Source: a virus
Lineage: Duplodnaviria > Caudoviricetes
DNA length: 56,975 bases
Virus record (IMG/VR): IMGVR_UViG_3300034093_002880
Location: 1 to 56,975 of that record
Direction: 5' to 3' (one strand)
Shown here: positions 30,833-41,079 of the stretch, piece after piece
How the letters are laid out: every line of letters starts with the position of its first letter
How positions within the stretch are numbered: position 1 is the first letter of the stretch
Program-made: the position numbers and the translations under genes
Notes under the pieces: model-generated
The model's database searches: none
Told to the model about the DNA's origin: nothing
Seen by the model: only the letters and a program-made list of their open reading frames with translations

Positions 30833-32524
30833 TCAACATTCCTTGCGTATCTCTTTAGCATAATGAAAAACTCGATTGTGATTTACCAATGACGCCATAA
30901 GTACTGCGGACCGGATTCTTCCTTTTTTTATAAGCTGGAATCCATGACTCATGATGGTCTGTTCAAAGGGACTCGCATACTCGGTCTCTAAGAATAGTTT
31001 ATAATTTCCCGCTTTGGTCATAACACTGGGCCAATTGGAGAAATATACGTCCCCAATCAAATAGCTAAGATGTTCGAGACAACCAGATTCCTTCCACGTC
31101 AATCTATGTTTACCATCCGGAAAATATTTCTTTTTGACTTGTTCTGGAACGTTGTGCCAAGACCATTGCTTGTGGTGGTCCCCGAAGAATTCGCTGAATG
31201 AGATTTTTATGTAGTCCAACTTTTCTTCTTCTATTATTTTCTGGCATTTATCTAACCAGTTATCAACGTGCATAACGAGCCCATTTCTACAAACCTTAAT
31301 TTCAGACTCCATCAACATGTCGTCCTCGAACCACACCATATATTTAGATGTACTTGCATTGAAGTGCTTTGCGGCCCAAAGTCTAGCTCCACAGATTCCC
31401 ATATTTCCCTTTTTAATTTGTTCGAAAGAGTATTTTTCACAAATTCTATTGTATTCCAAATCGGTGGATTCGTCCACACTGTTATTGATTAGATACTTAT
31501 TAGTATTGACCAAAAGTTCCGGATTCGATTTAACTATTGTGTCTAACAGCAATTGTAATTGCGGAGGAGAATTAAAAGTGACAACATATAAGTTGGTCCC
31601 GACTCCACTTCGATTCATCACAACCTCCGACTCGGTCTGGTGATATTCAACATTTTCGGGAACTCCCGATTTTAGTATGTTGATTTCTTGTTTTGGTATC
31701 GGAAGTTTTTTCGCACGCTCAAAAAATGTACCCATCAACCCGTCACCGCCAATGGTTTCAACATTCACAAGCTCCGGATGTAGATATGTTATCAGTGTGA
31801 ATATACTCTCCTCGGTTCCCATGAATCCGTCGCTAAGTGTATTATTCAGTAAATTATAATATATAGAATTTACTTGGGATATGTATTTCTTATTCCCACC
31901 AAAAAATCCTCCACGCGCAACTCTGTCAACACGCTGTCCAGCATATTTGTTCATTCCGGCTATTGAGAATCCGTGGATTTCTGTGGTAGTCTCGTATGGA
32001 TAACAAACAAAAAGAAACTTATCCAACATAGGCTCGATTTTTGACATGGCGAAATCGTGGCTGAAATATCCCGGATGTACTGTCTGTGTCAACCCCGCAT
32101 CAATCCAACAGTAATTATCGGTATTAAATGGATTAAAAATGGCCGCGTCGTTCAACATGAACATTTTACTCATAACCAACGGATTATATAATTCTAACTT
32201 GGCTTGAGTTGACTCCGAGAGCCAGCCAACTTGTCCGGACCATTTTGGGTCCGTTCGTATCGCATTCACTTTATCGTAAAAAGGAAACCAAGTTTTAAAG
32301 TCGTCGGTAGATTTAAATCTTATGTCTGTACCAACGGAACCCTCTCTCACTTTCCGGACAAACTCTTCCGTGCTCCTGTCAACATATACCAACATGGGAA
32401 TGTCTTTGCAGGCTCGTAGTAATCTTTCAAAATTTTCCAAATATTGAGAAAACGGGCGCTTGAACCCGGTGTCCATTTCGCCACGTTTTAAATCGAAGAG
32501 GGCAGTCACTAGTGTTGTATTCAT
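30833..32524 (-). CDS. HtrL/YibB-family glycosyltransferase-like domain fused to a GT-A (GT2-like) domain
   Basis: TLVTALFDL.R, NPFNTD..WIDAG, GGFFGG, GTEE; second domain LYVVTFN...WFEDD. Confidence 0.8.
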   Translation of the reverse strand: MNTTLVTALFDLKRGEMDTGFKRPFSQYLENFERLLRACKDIPMLVYVDRSTEEFVRKVREGSVGTDIRFKSTDDFKTWFPFYDKVNAIRTDPKWSGQVGWLSESTQAKLELYNPLVMSKMFMLNDAAIFNPFNTDNYCWIDAGLTQTVHPGYFSHDFAMSKIEPMLDKFLFVCYPYETTTEIHGFSIAGMNKYAGQRVDRVARGGFFGGNKKYISQVNSIYYNLLNNTLSDGFMGTEESIFTLITYLHPELVNVETIGGDGLMGTFFERAKKLPIPKQEINILKSGVPENVEYHQTESEVVMNRSGVGTNLYVVTFNSPPQLQLLLDTIVKSNPELLVNTNKYLINNSVDESTDLEYNRICEKYSFEQIKKGNMGICGARLWAAKHFNASTSKYMVWFEDDMLMESEIKVCRNGLVMHVDNWLDKCQKIIEEEKLDYIKISFSEFFGDHHKQWSWHNVPEQVKKKYFPDGKHRLTWKESGCLEHLSYLIGDVYFSNWPSVMTKAGNYKLFLETEYASPFEQTIMSHGFQLIKKGRIRSAVLMASLVNHNRVFHYAKEIRKEC

Positions 32525-32527
32525 GTA

Positions 32528-33469
32528 TTAAGATATATCGGATTTTAAAATAAAGTCCAGTAATATTTTTACTTGTGCGTCTGGTGTGGCACAGGAATCG
32601 AACCAAGCAGCGGCCTCCGATTTAATATAACAAATCTCTTCAACCGTGATGTCATTAATTTTAGAAGTTATTTTGTCTGAGATATATTTATATTCTCCCG
32701 GATTGTGTATTTTAGACTGTATGTCATCGTCTAATATAATTTTAAAATGCACATCGGGCTTGAGTGGGATTATAGTTTGCACATCAAGAGCTTCTCGTAA
32801 ATTTAACACCCCTCCTCCAAAATATTCCAAGTCTCGATAACATATGCGTGCAGCCCCGTTTAAACTGAGGCCGAATTTATAGTCAGCGAGCGTGTTATAA
32901 TATAAATCTTTTGGTACATATTCGGACGGGTCATTTTTGTTATTGAAATTTATTAACTGGTTCGACTTTAGTATGTTATAATATATGGCTCGGTTTCCAT
33001 AACAAAGTCCGTTGAAATAAGCACGAGATATGGATTTTTCTCTATTTCTGGTTGCCAACAACTTGGGAATATCATCCCAATTTTCCAATATATAAAACGA
33101 CGGAAGTATTTTTATTTTGCCCGAATATGTCTCGGAGAATGCGTCGGTTAAATTGGACGTACACGCAAACGAAACGACGTTGAGCTTACGTAACGCGGAG
33201 TAATGTTCTAACATCACGGTGGCGTAATCATTAAGACTGTGAACGAATGTTTTTTCAGTATCTTTATTTTGTATGATTAAATTATATATGTTGAATATCG
33301 ACGGAAGCCTTCCCTGATAATCCAGAGGCTCCCCGTGAATTTTTGCAAGTTCTTCCATTGGAATATATTCTACGTCGTGTATTGCAGAAACGACCGAGAA
33401 GAATTTCTTATATAGCTCCCCAACATACCAGTTTGATTGATATGGATTAAATGATATACGCAGGTTCAT
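32528..33469 (-). CDS. GT-B glycosyltransferase-like protein
   Basis: Y...L..YKFGLSLNG...CYRDLE...G donor-binding pattern. Confidence 0.7.
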   Translation of the reverse strand: MNLRISFNPYQSNWYVGELYKKFFSVVSAIHDVEYIPMEELAKIHGEPLDYQGRLPSIFNIYNLIIQNKDTEKTFVHSLNDYATVMLEHYSALRKLNVVSFACTSNLTDAFSETYSGKIKILPSFYILENWDDIPKLLATRNREKSISRAYFNGLCYGNRAIYYNILKSNQLINFNNKNDPSEYVPKDLYYNTLADYKFGLSLNGAARICYRDLEYFGGGVLNLREALDVQTIIPLKPDVHFKIILDDDIQSKIHNPGEYKYISDKITSKINDITVEEICYIKSEAAAWFDSCATPDAQVKILLDFILKSDIS

Positions 33470-33471
33470 AC

Positions 33472-34350
33472 TCAGAAAAAATCTCTATCGTCCTTGAAGA
33501 ATACTACATTATCAAATCCGCCGCGCAACAGACATACGAACATTGAAATATTTCCGGGGTATCCAACGAACTTTAAACACCGAGAAGCAACCACAGTTAG
33601 CGCAACTAAGTTTGTCGTGTATTCATAGAAATCTTTACCATATATTTCGGTGAATTTTTCTGGTGAAATATCTTTAGTTTCGACGTGAAATCCCGATTTT
33701 TTGTCGTGCCCAATCGGAAGAATATTCAATCGACAAACGTTGTGTTTATCTTCAAAGTAATTATAAACATCAATGTCGTCGGTTTGTAAGTGTACTCGTG
33801 AGTCCTGTCCAATAATTCCCCACAACTGTTCCACGGATGGATACTTGGCGTCGTGTCTATACCAAGTTATCTCGTTAACTTTGTCGGTTTTTCTCCACCA
33901 CGTAAAAGTATCAGCCGAAACATCAATGCTAGCGCCCTGTTGCAACTCGGTTGCTCGGGTCAATACATTTGATGCGACGTTGAAATACGCACTCATCAAG
34001 CATTTGACCACCCCTATATCTATTTGGACTTTAGATGTACCAAAACCATAAAGATTCACTCCGGTGCCGTGCCTAAACCGTCTCACTCGCTCTGCATCCA
34101 GAGTTTTCCAGTCTTCTATTTTATTTTTATCTATATAAAAAATTCCATCGTAGATGTTAAGATTTTTATATTCGGTTAACCACGTGGATATTTTATCTGG
34201 GTAGTGTCCTTGCAACTTTAAATCGCACAGATAGTGCATCATCACGGTAACATTTGAAAAAAATCCCGCGTATCTAATCCACGTGACTAGCTTTTCGTCC
34301 GCGTTATATAGAGCAGTTCCCCCATAATATTCGGTTGATGTACAATTCAT
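33472..34350 (-). CDS. Fucosyltransferase-like protein (NodZ/GT23-like)
   Basis: AGFFSN, WRKTDK (cf. H-x-R-x-T-D-K), LQTDD, late S.C..FVG..GN.S motif. Confidence 0.65.
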   Translation of the reverse strand: MNCTSTEYYGGTALYNADEKLVTWIRYAGFFSNVTVMMHYLCDLKLQGHYPDKISTWLTEYKNLNIYDGIFYIDKNKIEDWKTLDAERVRRFRHGTGVNLYGFGTSKVQIDIGVVKCLMSAYFNVASNVLTRATELQQGASIDVSADTFTWWRKTDKVNEITWYRHDAKYPSVEQLWGIIGQDSRVHLQTDDIDVYNYFEDKHNVCRLNILPIGHDKKSGFHVETKDISPEKFTEIYGKDFYEYTTNLVALTVVASRCLKFVGYPGNISMFVCLLRGGFDNVVFFKDDRDFF

Positions 34351-35216
34351 AGAGTTATTATTTCGAGATTTCTATTGTGCGATTTTGCGTAGAACAAGAA
34401 ATTGGTTGGTCTTCCCCATTCGCTGGCACTATACAATTTAGAGCACATTGACAAATTGTACATATCCACGAGAGTATCCTCGAAATTTTCCAGTAGTTGA
34501 GTCTCCGTTATATTCTTGTCCCATTTAAATGTTCCATATTGATAACTTATGTTTGGGTGTCTTGGACTATGTACCATAGCTCCATATACCCGTTTTAAAT
34601 GTTTTCGCACCGCCGTACTGTTAGAACACACGTACACAAACGGATTTTTAAATATGTCCGATATGGCGTCAATTTTTCCCTCTATCAATTTTAGAGAATC
34701 TGATTGGTCCATAGTTCTTATGTGCAGTCCAACCCGGTCACATGAACCGCCGGAAAACCTTAATATATTATCAGATATCGTCGGCACCGTGTAAGATAGC
34801 GTCGCGGAGGGAAGTTCTCTCATGCAAAATATCATGATTTGGTCCATAACACTGGCAGTAGAGTGCCCGGAATTGTTATTTATGAACGCGTCCCACCAGT
34901 GTCTTCCACCTAGTTTATCCCCGATATACAAATAGGGAGTGAATAGATAAGAGTACCCAGCCACAGTTTCTTTGGCTTGAGTTTTCGTTATATAAGAAAA
35001 AATACTATCGAATTGCTGTATATTAAAAAACCTATCCAATTTAACAGAATCGGAGTCGTGGAAATACTGATTATTATTAAAATTGTAAATAAATCCAACC
35101 GTCATGCCCGCGGATTTACAATTTGCGGAAAATGTAAGCAGCTGCGAAAAGGCGCAGTATAAATCACCGGCCCCGGTGTTAAAATTCAACTGTACTACTA
35201 CGTCAGTATCCATCAC
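34347..35216 (-). CDS. Fucosyltransferase-like protein (GT11/GT23/POFUT superfamily)
   Basis: G.GD, GLHIRTMD, YVCSN, D.Y.LS.C...S...TNF GDP-sugar motifs. Confidence 0.65.
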   Translation of the reverse strand: MMDTDVVVQLNFNTGAGDLYCAFSQLLTFSANCKSAGMTVGFIYNFNNNQYFHDSDSVKLDRFFNIQQFDSIFSYITKTQAKETVAGYSYLFTPYLYIGDKLGGRHWWDAFINNNSGHSTASVMDQIMIFCMRELPSATLSYTVPTISDNILRFSGGSCDRVGLHIRTMDQSDSLKLIEGKIDAISDIFKNPFVYVCSNSTAVRKHLKRVYGAMVHSPRHPNISYQYGTFKWDKNITETQLLENFEDTLVDMYNLSMCSKLYSASEWGRPTNFLFYAKSHNRNLEIITL

Positions 35217-36511
35217 AGCGAACCGACGATTCTGTCTCCCCAGCCGGAAGATTTACTATGAGGCCAAACTGTCCAGTGGTGCGGTTTCTCCGACGCGTTG
35301 AACGTCCTCCACAGCTTTATATATTTGTCACCGGATGGATTTCTACCCTCGGATACCAATCTCAAACATTCCGATTCATTTGCATCTTCTCGATATATCG
35401 CAGTGTTGTCGGAACGCTCAAACGCGACACACCAAAAATCGTAATCGTTCAATGGAAATTTATCCGTGGAAAGGTCAATGCAATGTTTAAATATAGCCAA
35501 AAAAGATTCTTCCCATTCCGCCTCTGTGGCAAACTTCGCATTATTCGGTGGATATTTCCTGTCGAGTGTGTCTTGTTGAACCGCCCGACGAGCAAAATTT
35601 AATCCGGAATATTTTTCGTAGTCTCTCAAAGACCGCTCATTCCCGAACCCATATTTTCCCCACGCGATGGTATTGTGTTTTTCTCCATCCATCGAAAAAA
35701 GTATACGATTTCGACGATGGCTTAAATGATTTCGCTCACCCCAATCTTTTTTGTCCGGAGTCTTATTTGAATTCGCGGAGGAGTGGTCATCCCAATGCTT
35801 CGCTCTGCCTTTTCTTGTGTATTCATGCCAAGCAATCACTTTGTGTGGGTGGAATAAATCATATCCATGAGTAAATGCTCTAGCGGCAATGCTGATTTCT
35901 TCTCCATGGAAATAATACTCCGGGTCGTGTGGGACTTCCAAACAAAAATCTCCGGAAGTAAAACAAAAATGTGCGGAATAGAATCGAGCCGGTACCGGGG
36001 AAGTACGGGTTGCATGATCGTCTATGCTGGCAGGAAGAAAGAACACCGCTCCCTCTGGTATGAATCTATCGAAATCCATTCTCCACGGCGTCTGTACTCT
36101 TCCGGCTGGGTCATTTTCTGGGTCGAATGAGGGAATATATCCGGTCAACAGCGGTTTATTGTGTCCCGCCAGTTTCAAGCCTTCGTACATCTCTATCAAT
36201 TCGGAATCCCAGTTCTTTATAAATCTATGGTGCGAGTCCAACTGGAATGTATATTCCTCTCCATCATATCTTTGCTGGATTTGGTTTCTTGCCCAACACG
36301 CCCCTCTGCTATTTAAATATGGGATATCTATAACTTTTACATTCTGGAGATTTTTTATCTCGTTGATATTTTCTTCGGGTCCGTGTTGCCATGCTATACA
36401 AAATACCAGATTCTCCGGATTTTTAGCATTTGCTATACAGTCTTTAATGGTGGGTACCAATTGCGGGTCACGATATGACGCGATTTGAATAAAAATTTTA
36501 GAATTCTTCAT
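35213..36511 (-). CDS. GT60 polypeptide/hydroxyproline N-acetylglucosaminyltransferase (Skp1 GlcNAc-transferase-like)
   Basis: IFIQIASYRD, GACWAR, YTFQLDSHHRF..NWD, PHDP..YFHGEE...AAR.FTHG. Confidence 0.88.
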   Translation of the reverse strand: MKNSKIFIQIASYRDPQLVPTIKDCIANAKNPENLVFCIAWQHGPEENINEIKNLQNVKVIDIPYLNSRGACWARNQIQQRYDGEEYTFQLDSHHRFIKNWDSELIEMYEGLKLAGHNKPLLTGYIPSFDPENDPAGRVQTPWRMDFDRFIPEGAVFFLPASIDDHATRTSPVPARFYSAHFCFTSGDFCLEVPHDPEYYFHGEEISIAARAFTHGYDLFHPHKVIAWHEYTRKGRAKHWDDHSSANSNKTPDKKDWGERNHLSHRRNRILFSMDGEKHNTIAWGKYGFGNERSLRDYEKYSGLNFARRAVQQDTLDRKYPPNNAKFATEAEWEESFLAIFKHCIDLSTDKFPLNDYDFWCVAFERSDNTAIYREDANESECLRLVSEGRNPSGDKYIKLWRTFNASEKPHHWTVWPHSKSSGWGDRIVGSL

Positions 36512-36584
36512 ATAACCATTTAGTCTTGTAGATTATCTATATATACGAGATATGATGGGTTATTTTTTAGAAATGTCAATACAA

Positions 36585-37436
36585 TTATGGAAATAAAACG
36601 TCCCCGCCCGGATTTCCAACGTATGCTGCGTACGACAAAGAACTGTCACATATAATATTGGGTACTATGTATGCCGCAGTTCCCTTAACTAAAGAAACCA
36701 CAGAATTTCCACATGCCGCCTCGGGTACGATTGTTCCTCCGTAATACCCAGAGCCACGTGCTGTCAACACCGCTCCCTCATAATTTGTATAAGTAAATTC
36801 ATATTCACCGGAATTGTTGCACACACAATCTATTTGATATGTTTGCAGATAATCGGAGAATTTTGCTATTATATTAACTGGGGTATAATATGTGAAGCCA
36901 GTAATCGTGGTTGACAGACTCCGTGGATTGGCCGCATATGTGCCAGCAGAGGTTTCCCAACCAAGAAAAGCTTTACCGACCAGAGGAGTGGCTTTAACTT
37001 GCATTGTCCCGTATGTTCGCGCAATCATTCCAACTGGGGTATCTCCGTCAGTTCGTTCGGCTGTTCCTCCACCCTGCGCGGATATTGTATATTTGACGTA
37101 AATAGAAAATAACGTTGGAGTTGGTGTGGGAGTGGGAGTGGGGCTTGTCCCAATCGCAGCCGTTTGTGTCGGAGCGGGCGATTTAGATGGAGTTGGAACT
37201 ATCCTAGTCAGAGTTGGAGTAGGCGTCGGAGTTCTGGTAACTAACGGAGTCTTTGACGGGGTAACCGACGGCGATGGAGAAATAGTCGGCGTTGGTAATA
37301 TTTCAAACCATCCGATATTTCGAGTGTCTTCGGATGTTTTTTTAAACAACTGTCCCACATCGTTCACGGACGATTTACCTATAATAGCAAACACGGATTT
37401 CTCCGGATTGCCATGTGCTGGTATTTCCGACGCCAT
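36585..37436 (-). CDS. Probable virion protein with a Pro/Thr/Ser linker and an InlB-B-repeat-like domain
   Basis: PTPTISPSPSVTPS...PTPTPTPT; VKATPLVGKAFLGW. Confidence 0.65.
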   Translation of the reverse strand: MASEIPAHGNPEKSVFAIIGKSSVNDVGQLFKKTSEDTRNIGWFEILPTPTISPSPSVTPSKTPLVTRTPTPTPTLTRIVPTPSKSPAPTQTAAIGTSPTPTPTPTPTLFSIYVKYTISAQGGGTAERTDGDTPVGMIARTYGTMQVKATPLVGKAFLGWETSAGTYAANPRSLSTTITGFTYYTPVNIIAKFSDYLQTYQIDCVCNNSGEYEFTYTNYEGAVLTARGSGYYGGTIVPEAACGNSVVSLVKGTAAYIVPNIICDSSLSYAAYVGNPGGDVLFP

Positions 37437-37447
37437 ATATTTTTATT

Positions 37448-39868
37448 TTAGCCCGGAACCACGACGACGCTAATTTCATTCACCGGACCAACAACTGCAC
37501 CGGCGGTACTGAACGGTGCGGTGTATTTAATCCAGTACAACACAAACTTATAATTTCCCGGAGGCGGTGCGTAGATTGTCTGGTATTGATTCTTCCAGCC
37601 ACTTGCTCTGTGCGCAATTGCAGCGCCGCCATATTCCTGCCATTCCGCACCATCCCATACGAATGCTTTACAACGAAGACGATAGCCAGCATTTGAAAGA
37701 ACTGCCGAGTCTGTTGTATAGACATACGGAGGAGAAGATTCTTTAAACGCGGTTATAGAACCAGTAGTGCAACTTAGATAAACATTGGACCCGGTTGCGA
37801 TATAGCTTGGAACATTTACCGGCACAAATCCGGTAGGAACTGCCACCGACATCGTGACTTTTGTCATACCAAGCTGAGAAGATACTAGATTGCTATACTG
37901 GTCATATTGTAGACCATATACTTCGGCGGTCCATGACCCAATTCCCGGTGCAATAATTTCGGAACAGTTATTATTCCAAGCGACGCTTCTGTGTATAGCA
38001 TTTGCTCCATTCAATGCCTCAAGCTCCGACCCGGCGATGCCGGTCAATTTACAGCGGAGTTTATAGAGAGGCGAAGTCAATGTGGTAGAATCTCCGGTGT
38101 ATATGAACGGAGGAGTATCTTTTGCAAATGACAATGCAGATAGACTTACGTCAGTTCCCGGCAAATATGGAGGAGTAAAGGTCGATGCCGTGGCCACGGA
38201 CATAGTAATTGCAGTAGATGCCCCGGTCCCAATTGATGGATAATTTCCGTCGGTATCGGCAACGGAATCAAACTCTTCCCAATACAATTCTGTGCGATAT
38301 TGTCCAACCGGTGGGATATTCAAAGGCGCGGATGGCAAATTAAACCAATCTGCGCGTTGTTCCAATGAGAAGTCCGGTTCCACTCCGAGAAGCTCTGTTG
38401 CTTTAACTCTCAGTTTCCACCGACTCTTGGCAGTAATCGACGCATCATTTGTATACACGGTCTGTGTGGTTCCAACTCGGAAGCTATTAGAACTCAAGTA
38501 AATTCCGGCTGGTAAAGTTGGTGTAGGGGTCGGCGTCGTAGTTGGAGACGGGGTCGGAGATGCAACTATAGACGACGGAGTAACGGTGACGGTCGGAGTT
38601 GGTGTTGGAGTAGGAGACGGTGGGATATAGTTGATTGGACCATACTGCGACACATAACCTTCAAAACTAAATGTACATGGTGCCGCACTCGAACTGAAAA
38701 ATACGTATAGACTTCTGTCTTCGTGCGCGACGCCAAGTTCCAACAGCGGTAAATTATTTCTGCCGTATGATGCACTGACAAGGGGGATGCGATTGTTATT
38801 CCACGACAACATTCCACTCGCACCATCTGGAGCAACTGCATCGGTAGACCCGACCGATAAGAGAGGAGCGCCGGGAGAATACACCAAACAATGAGTGAGA
38901 ACGTAATTTGCTGGCAAAATATCTCTCTGGGTGCCATTACCCAAATACCCAGAAGTGCCGTCGTTCTTAAACCTCAATTTCAAAATCTTCGATGGATTGC
39001 TTGCTGCCGCACCATAGTCTGGGAGCAGTAGGTGACTCTCACCAACACAATCCAACCATTGAGTGGGACCGGAATTCAAGTTGGTGGAAATGTAAGATGC
39101 AATCAACGAAGAATCCGAGTTTCTAACTCCACCATAAAATAACTGGTTGATGCTAGTTTGGCCAAGTGCCGCACTATATGCATGAGCTTCGTATATTGTA
39201 CAATTTATATTGCGGTGAGTGTCGGACTGTCCATTGCCCATACCTACAAATGAATTGCTGATTGTAGTTGCTCCACCAGTCAATGTACCAACCAACGTGG
39301 TATTCACGTATAGTTTTATAATTCCGGCGGAGTCCTTGGTCAGAATTGCCTCAAAAACTCTATCTGGTACGCTGGTAAAAAACCCACTGTAAACTACTTC
39401 TTTTGCCGTGACTCCGTCGTACACGTAACCAATCAAGTCGGTTCCGGATATCCCGATGTAGGCACAATTCGCATCCACTGCCATGTTATACACAGATGAA
39501 CCTACACCAAACAACATTCTACGAGACGCATCGGTAACAAACGTGGATGGCACGAACGCCCGAACTACGAGAGTAAAATCCGTACCCAACGCTTGAAAAT
39601 CTGAGTAGCAGTACCCATTTAAATCCCCGGATGTTGGTACGCTGCCTTCATCAAATACCAGTCCGTTGGAGGTCTGGAATCCTTGTTGCGGCATGTTTAT
39701 TTGCAAAAACCCGCCGGAAACAACGTATTGGGCGAGGTCGCCGACCGTGATATTCTTGGTCTCCCCGGTCGGGCTAGTGATTTCACTTCTGTCCACAATG
39801 GGAATCAAATCCCCGCTGGCTACTTCACTAGCATATAATCTACGTAATTCGGTTGTTTTCTGGTTCAT
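37448..39868 (-). CDS. Probable virion protein: LamG-like domain, Pro/Thr linker, three ~105-aa repeats
   Basis: LYVN..LVG LamG strand; PSPTPTPTPTVTVTPS; three units with YT.D....(W/Y)(K/R)LR(V/C)K. Confidence 0.7.
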   Translation of the reverse strand: MNQKTTELRRLYASEVASGDLIPIVDRSEITSPTGETKNITVGDLAQYVVSGGFLQINMPQQGFQTSNGLVFDEGSVPTSGDLNGYCYSDFQALGTDFTLVVRAFVPSTFVTDASRRMLFGVGSSVYNMAVDANCAYIGISGTDLIGYVYDGVTAKEVVYSGFFTSVPDRVFEAILTKDSAGIIKLYVNTTLVGTLTGGATTISNSFVGMGNGQSDTHRNINCTIYEAHAYSAALGQTSINQLFYGGVRNSDSSLIASYISTNLNSGPTQWLDCVGESHLLLPDYGAAASNPSKILKLRFKNDGTSGYLGNGTQRDILPANYVLTHCLVYSPGAPLLSVGSTDAVAPDGASGMLSWNNNRIPLVSASYGRNNLPLLELGVAHEDRSLYVFFSSSAAPCTFSFEGYVSQYGPINYIPPSPTPTPTPTVTVTPSSIVASPTPSPTTTPTPTPTLPAGIYLSSNSFRVGTTQTVYTNDASITAKSRWKLRVKATELLGVEPDFSLEQRADWFNLPSAPLNIPPVGQYRTELYWEEFDSVADTDGNYPSIGTGASTAITMSVATASTFTPPYLPGTDVSLSALSFAKDTPPFIYTGDSTTLTSPLYKLRCKLTGIAGSELEALNGANAIHRSVAWNNNCSEIIAPGIGSWTAEVYGLQYDQYSNLVSSQLGMTKVTMSVAVPTGFVPVNVPSYIATGSNVYLSCTTGSITAFKESSPPYVYTTDSAVLSNAGYRLRCKAFVWDGAEWQEYGGAAIAHRASGWKNQYQTIYAPPPGNYKFVLYWIKYTAPFSTAGAVVGPVNEISVVVVPG

Positions 39869-39944
39869 ATTGGATATCTTTCACTATAAGTATCAATCCA
39901 CAATAAAAATATATAATATTCGCCCTTAAACGAGCCTTATTATA

Positions 39945-40712
39945 TTATCCCACCGTTTTTATCTTCTTTACTATGAACTTAACCAAAGCACTTCGGAGAA
40001 TGTCGTCGTCGGTAAATTCAAACGTGTATATGCCATTTTCTCTGCTATCTGCGTCATTGAATAGGTTGAAAATATCAGCAAATCCGGACCGAGTTCCTAT
40101 ATCAGACTGTTGTGGGTCCCCGCATAGGAAGACCTTACTGAATTCTCCGGTTCTCGTCATCATTGTTATAAGCTCCTTTTTTGTACAATTTTGCAATTCG
40201 TCTCCAATGACGGCCTTGGCATTCCAGTTCAATCCTCTAAGATATCCAACCGGAAGACCCTCGACTCTGTTTTCTTTTATTAAGAATTGAATGTCATCCT
40301 TTGGAAGAAGTTCGTCAAGTTTATCTATAAGTGGACGTTTAAACGGCGAAAGTTTGTCATCCGCTTCTCCGGGCAATGTGCCCATTTTCACGTCCGCACT
40401 TTCTACGATACTTCTCACATACAAGATGTCACTGACTTTCTTTTCGTTCATCAACATTAAAGCCGCCAGCACAGATAAATATGTCTTCGTGGAACCGGCA
40501 GGCCCGGACACCAATAACAATTTAACTTTTTTGTCCATTGCCAACTCCATAAAGAGTTTTTGCTTTTCGGTCAATTCCCTATGAAATATAGTTAAGTAGT
40601 GTTCTATTTTATTGCGCTGCGGAATGACAGGACTTCTGTCTTTTTGTTTAAGTGGGGCAATTATTTCGGGAGCACTCTTCTTTTTATTTATCAGCCGTTT
40701 TTTCTTTGACAT
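39945..40712 (-). CDS. phoH: PhoH-family ATPase
   Basis: GPAGSTKT, G.LPG, YLRG, DELQN, TRTGE.SK...GD..QSD, DI.RS. Confidence 0.93.
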   Translation of the reverse strand: MSKKKRLINKKKSAPEIIAPLKQKDRSPVIPQRNKIEHYLTIFHRELTEKQKLFMELAMDKKVKLLLVSGPAGSTKTYLSVLAALMLMNEKKVSDILYVRSIVESADVKMGTLPGEADDKLSPFKRPLIDKLDELLPKDDIQFLIKENRVEGLPVGYLRGLNWNAKAVIGDELQNCTKKELITMMTRTGEFSKVFLCGDPQQSDIGTRSGFADIFNLFNDADSRENGIYTFEFTDDDILRSALVKFIVKKIKTVG

Positions 40713-40713
40713 G

Positions 40714-41079
40714 TTATTTTGTTTTTTTATAGGTGAATATATGACTCAGTTTGTCCATCTTATCTAATACACTGACGACCTTGCCACAGACTTCGAATTG
40801 TTCGTTGTCCAAGCTAAAATCATAAATGTTCTCTAAATTTTCTTTGAAATCTTTTCGATTCAATAGCACAACATAGCTTGAATTTTTAAAGTGGAAAAGC
40901 TCAACTGCGTCCAGTCTTTTGGATATTGCATAGTGAATGTTATTGACGATTTTTCCGTTGATTTCTTCTCGGTGGGCGTCAACGAATTCCTTCATTCCTA
41001 CATTATCCGACGGCAATTCTATAATTTCGTAACTATCAGAGACAGACTTTGCTTTCTTTTTAGCTTGAGTCTTTTTCAT
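40714..41079 (-). CDS. Hypothetical protein
   Basis: ORF in the operon upstream of phoH; start refined to ATG at 41079. Confidence 0.65.
   Translation of the reverse strand: MKKTQAKKKAKSVSDSYEIIELPSDNVGMKEFVDAHREEINGKIVNNIHYAISKRLDAVELFHFKNSSYVVLLNRKDFKENLENIYDFSLDNEQFEVCGKVVSVLDKMDKLSHIFTYKKTK

Noticed and set aside
30833-36511. Eukaryotic giant virus origin suggested by GT60 and TATA-like motifs
   Set aside because: Sigma70 promoters, intrinsic terminators, a contractile-tail baseplate, a sigma factor and def indicate a bacteriophage
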